Shown here: in pieces, positions 63,601-64,000 of the stretch
Numbering within the stretch: the first letter of the stretch is position 1
Layout: every line of letters begins with the position of its first letter
Assembly (NCBI GenBank): GCA_043228905.1
Contig: JBHGNT010000018.1
Span: forward strand, 10,044,001-10,108,000
DNA from: Azolla caroliniana
Taxonomy: Eukaryota > Plantae > Polypodiophyta
Direction: 5' to 3'
Length of the DNA: 64,000 bases
Position numbers and translations under genes: made by a program
Notes under the pieces: model-generated
The model's database searches: none
What the model saw: the letters and a program-made list of their open reading frames with translations, nothing else
Told to the model about the DNA's origin: nothing

Positions 63601-64000
63601 CTATATTTAAAATCAGCAACTGTCGGACATTGTTCAGGGTCTACCATAACCAAAAAAGGTATGACGGTTGCATGTGGATTTATCTTCATTTTGCTTTTCA
63701 AATTTTGTACATGCACTGCATGTGGCTCTCTAATCTCGAGCGTGCGTCTTCTAGTTTCAGGGTCGATGGGCGGCCTTTGAATTGAAGAAATTGGTAGATG
63801 GAAGAGTTGACCTTTTCGCACTAGTTTGGTCCTAGCTATATTTTCTCTAATCCGGTTTTGCTTAGAAGTCAATACACCGGAAGATATTTGCCCTCCTGGA
63901 GGGACAATTTCAAGTTGTTGTTCATCGTCTTCTTCTTCCTCGAACTCCAAGACGTCGAGGTCCTCGTCATTAGATATTTGTCGTTTTTGATATTTTTTAT
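60651..64000. mobile_element. Putative DNA-transposon end (CAC-starting terminus) carrying the methyltransferase gene
   Basis: Sharp switch from Copia RT coding sequence to CACCGGGACATTTG and AT-rich DNA. The other end is not in the window. Confidence 0.4.
61352..64000 (-). pseudogene. Spliced gene: ParB/sulfiredoxin-like domain + beta-class amino (N4C/N6A) DNA methyltransferase; 5' end outside window; two premature stops
   Basis: Exons >64000-62941, 62859-62721, 62644-62181, 62085-61796 and 61704-61352 join in frame through GT-AG introns of 81, 76, 95 and 91 nt. Motifs YYVIGGSHSAEA, FQGDVVNML, LLIADIPYG, WIKTN, PYQKPQRLINRLIELFSNPDDWVLDLFSGTGTT, RNCVALEKD. Stops at 63264-63266 and 62192-62194. 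Confidence 0.88.

Noticed and set aside
61352-64000. Bacterial contamination or an R-M system as the source of the methyltransferase
   Set aside because: Four frame-preserving spliceosomal-type introns and direct contiguity with plant-type retrotransposons; no operon structure.

Overview
Eukaryotic heterochromatin-like DNA, probably from a non-seed land plant such as a moss (inferred from the element types). About 90% is nested retrotransposon. I resolved by eye, with LTR pairs and target-site duplications (TSDs): Copia-1 containing Copia-2 (with a solo LTR inside) and Gypsy A (with a very young, intact Tat-type Gypsy B inside); Gypsy C; a gag-only Gypsy G containing a LINE 3' end; a non-coding element D containing Gypsy E, which contains a solo LTR; and several Copia fragments. 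Two things stand out. (1) Four related LTR elements (A, C, D, E) have no polypurine tract (PPT). Next to the 3' LTR each instead carries an inverted, two-part site matching the tRNA-Arg 3' end, split by a 13-14 nt insert at the position corresponding to tRNA nt 58/59. This suggests tRNA-dependent or tRNA-mimic plus-strand priming. (2) The last 3.3 kb hold a spliced gene (four GT-AG introns) encoding a ParB-like domain fused to a bacterial beta-class N4C/N6A DNA methyltransferase. It lies in an AT-rich segment that starts abruptly with CACCGGGACA inside a Copia RT, so it may be DNA-transposon cargo. This copy has two nonsense codons. All alignments are manual and reference tRNA sequences are recalled, not searched.
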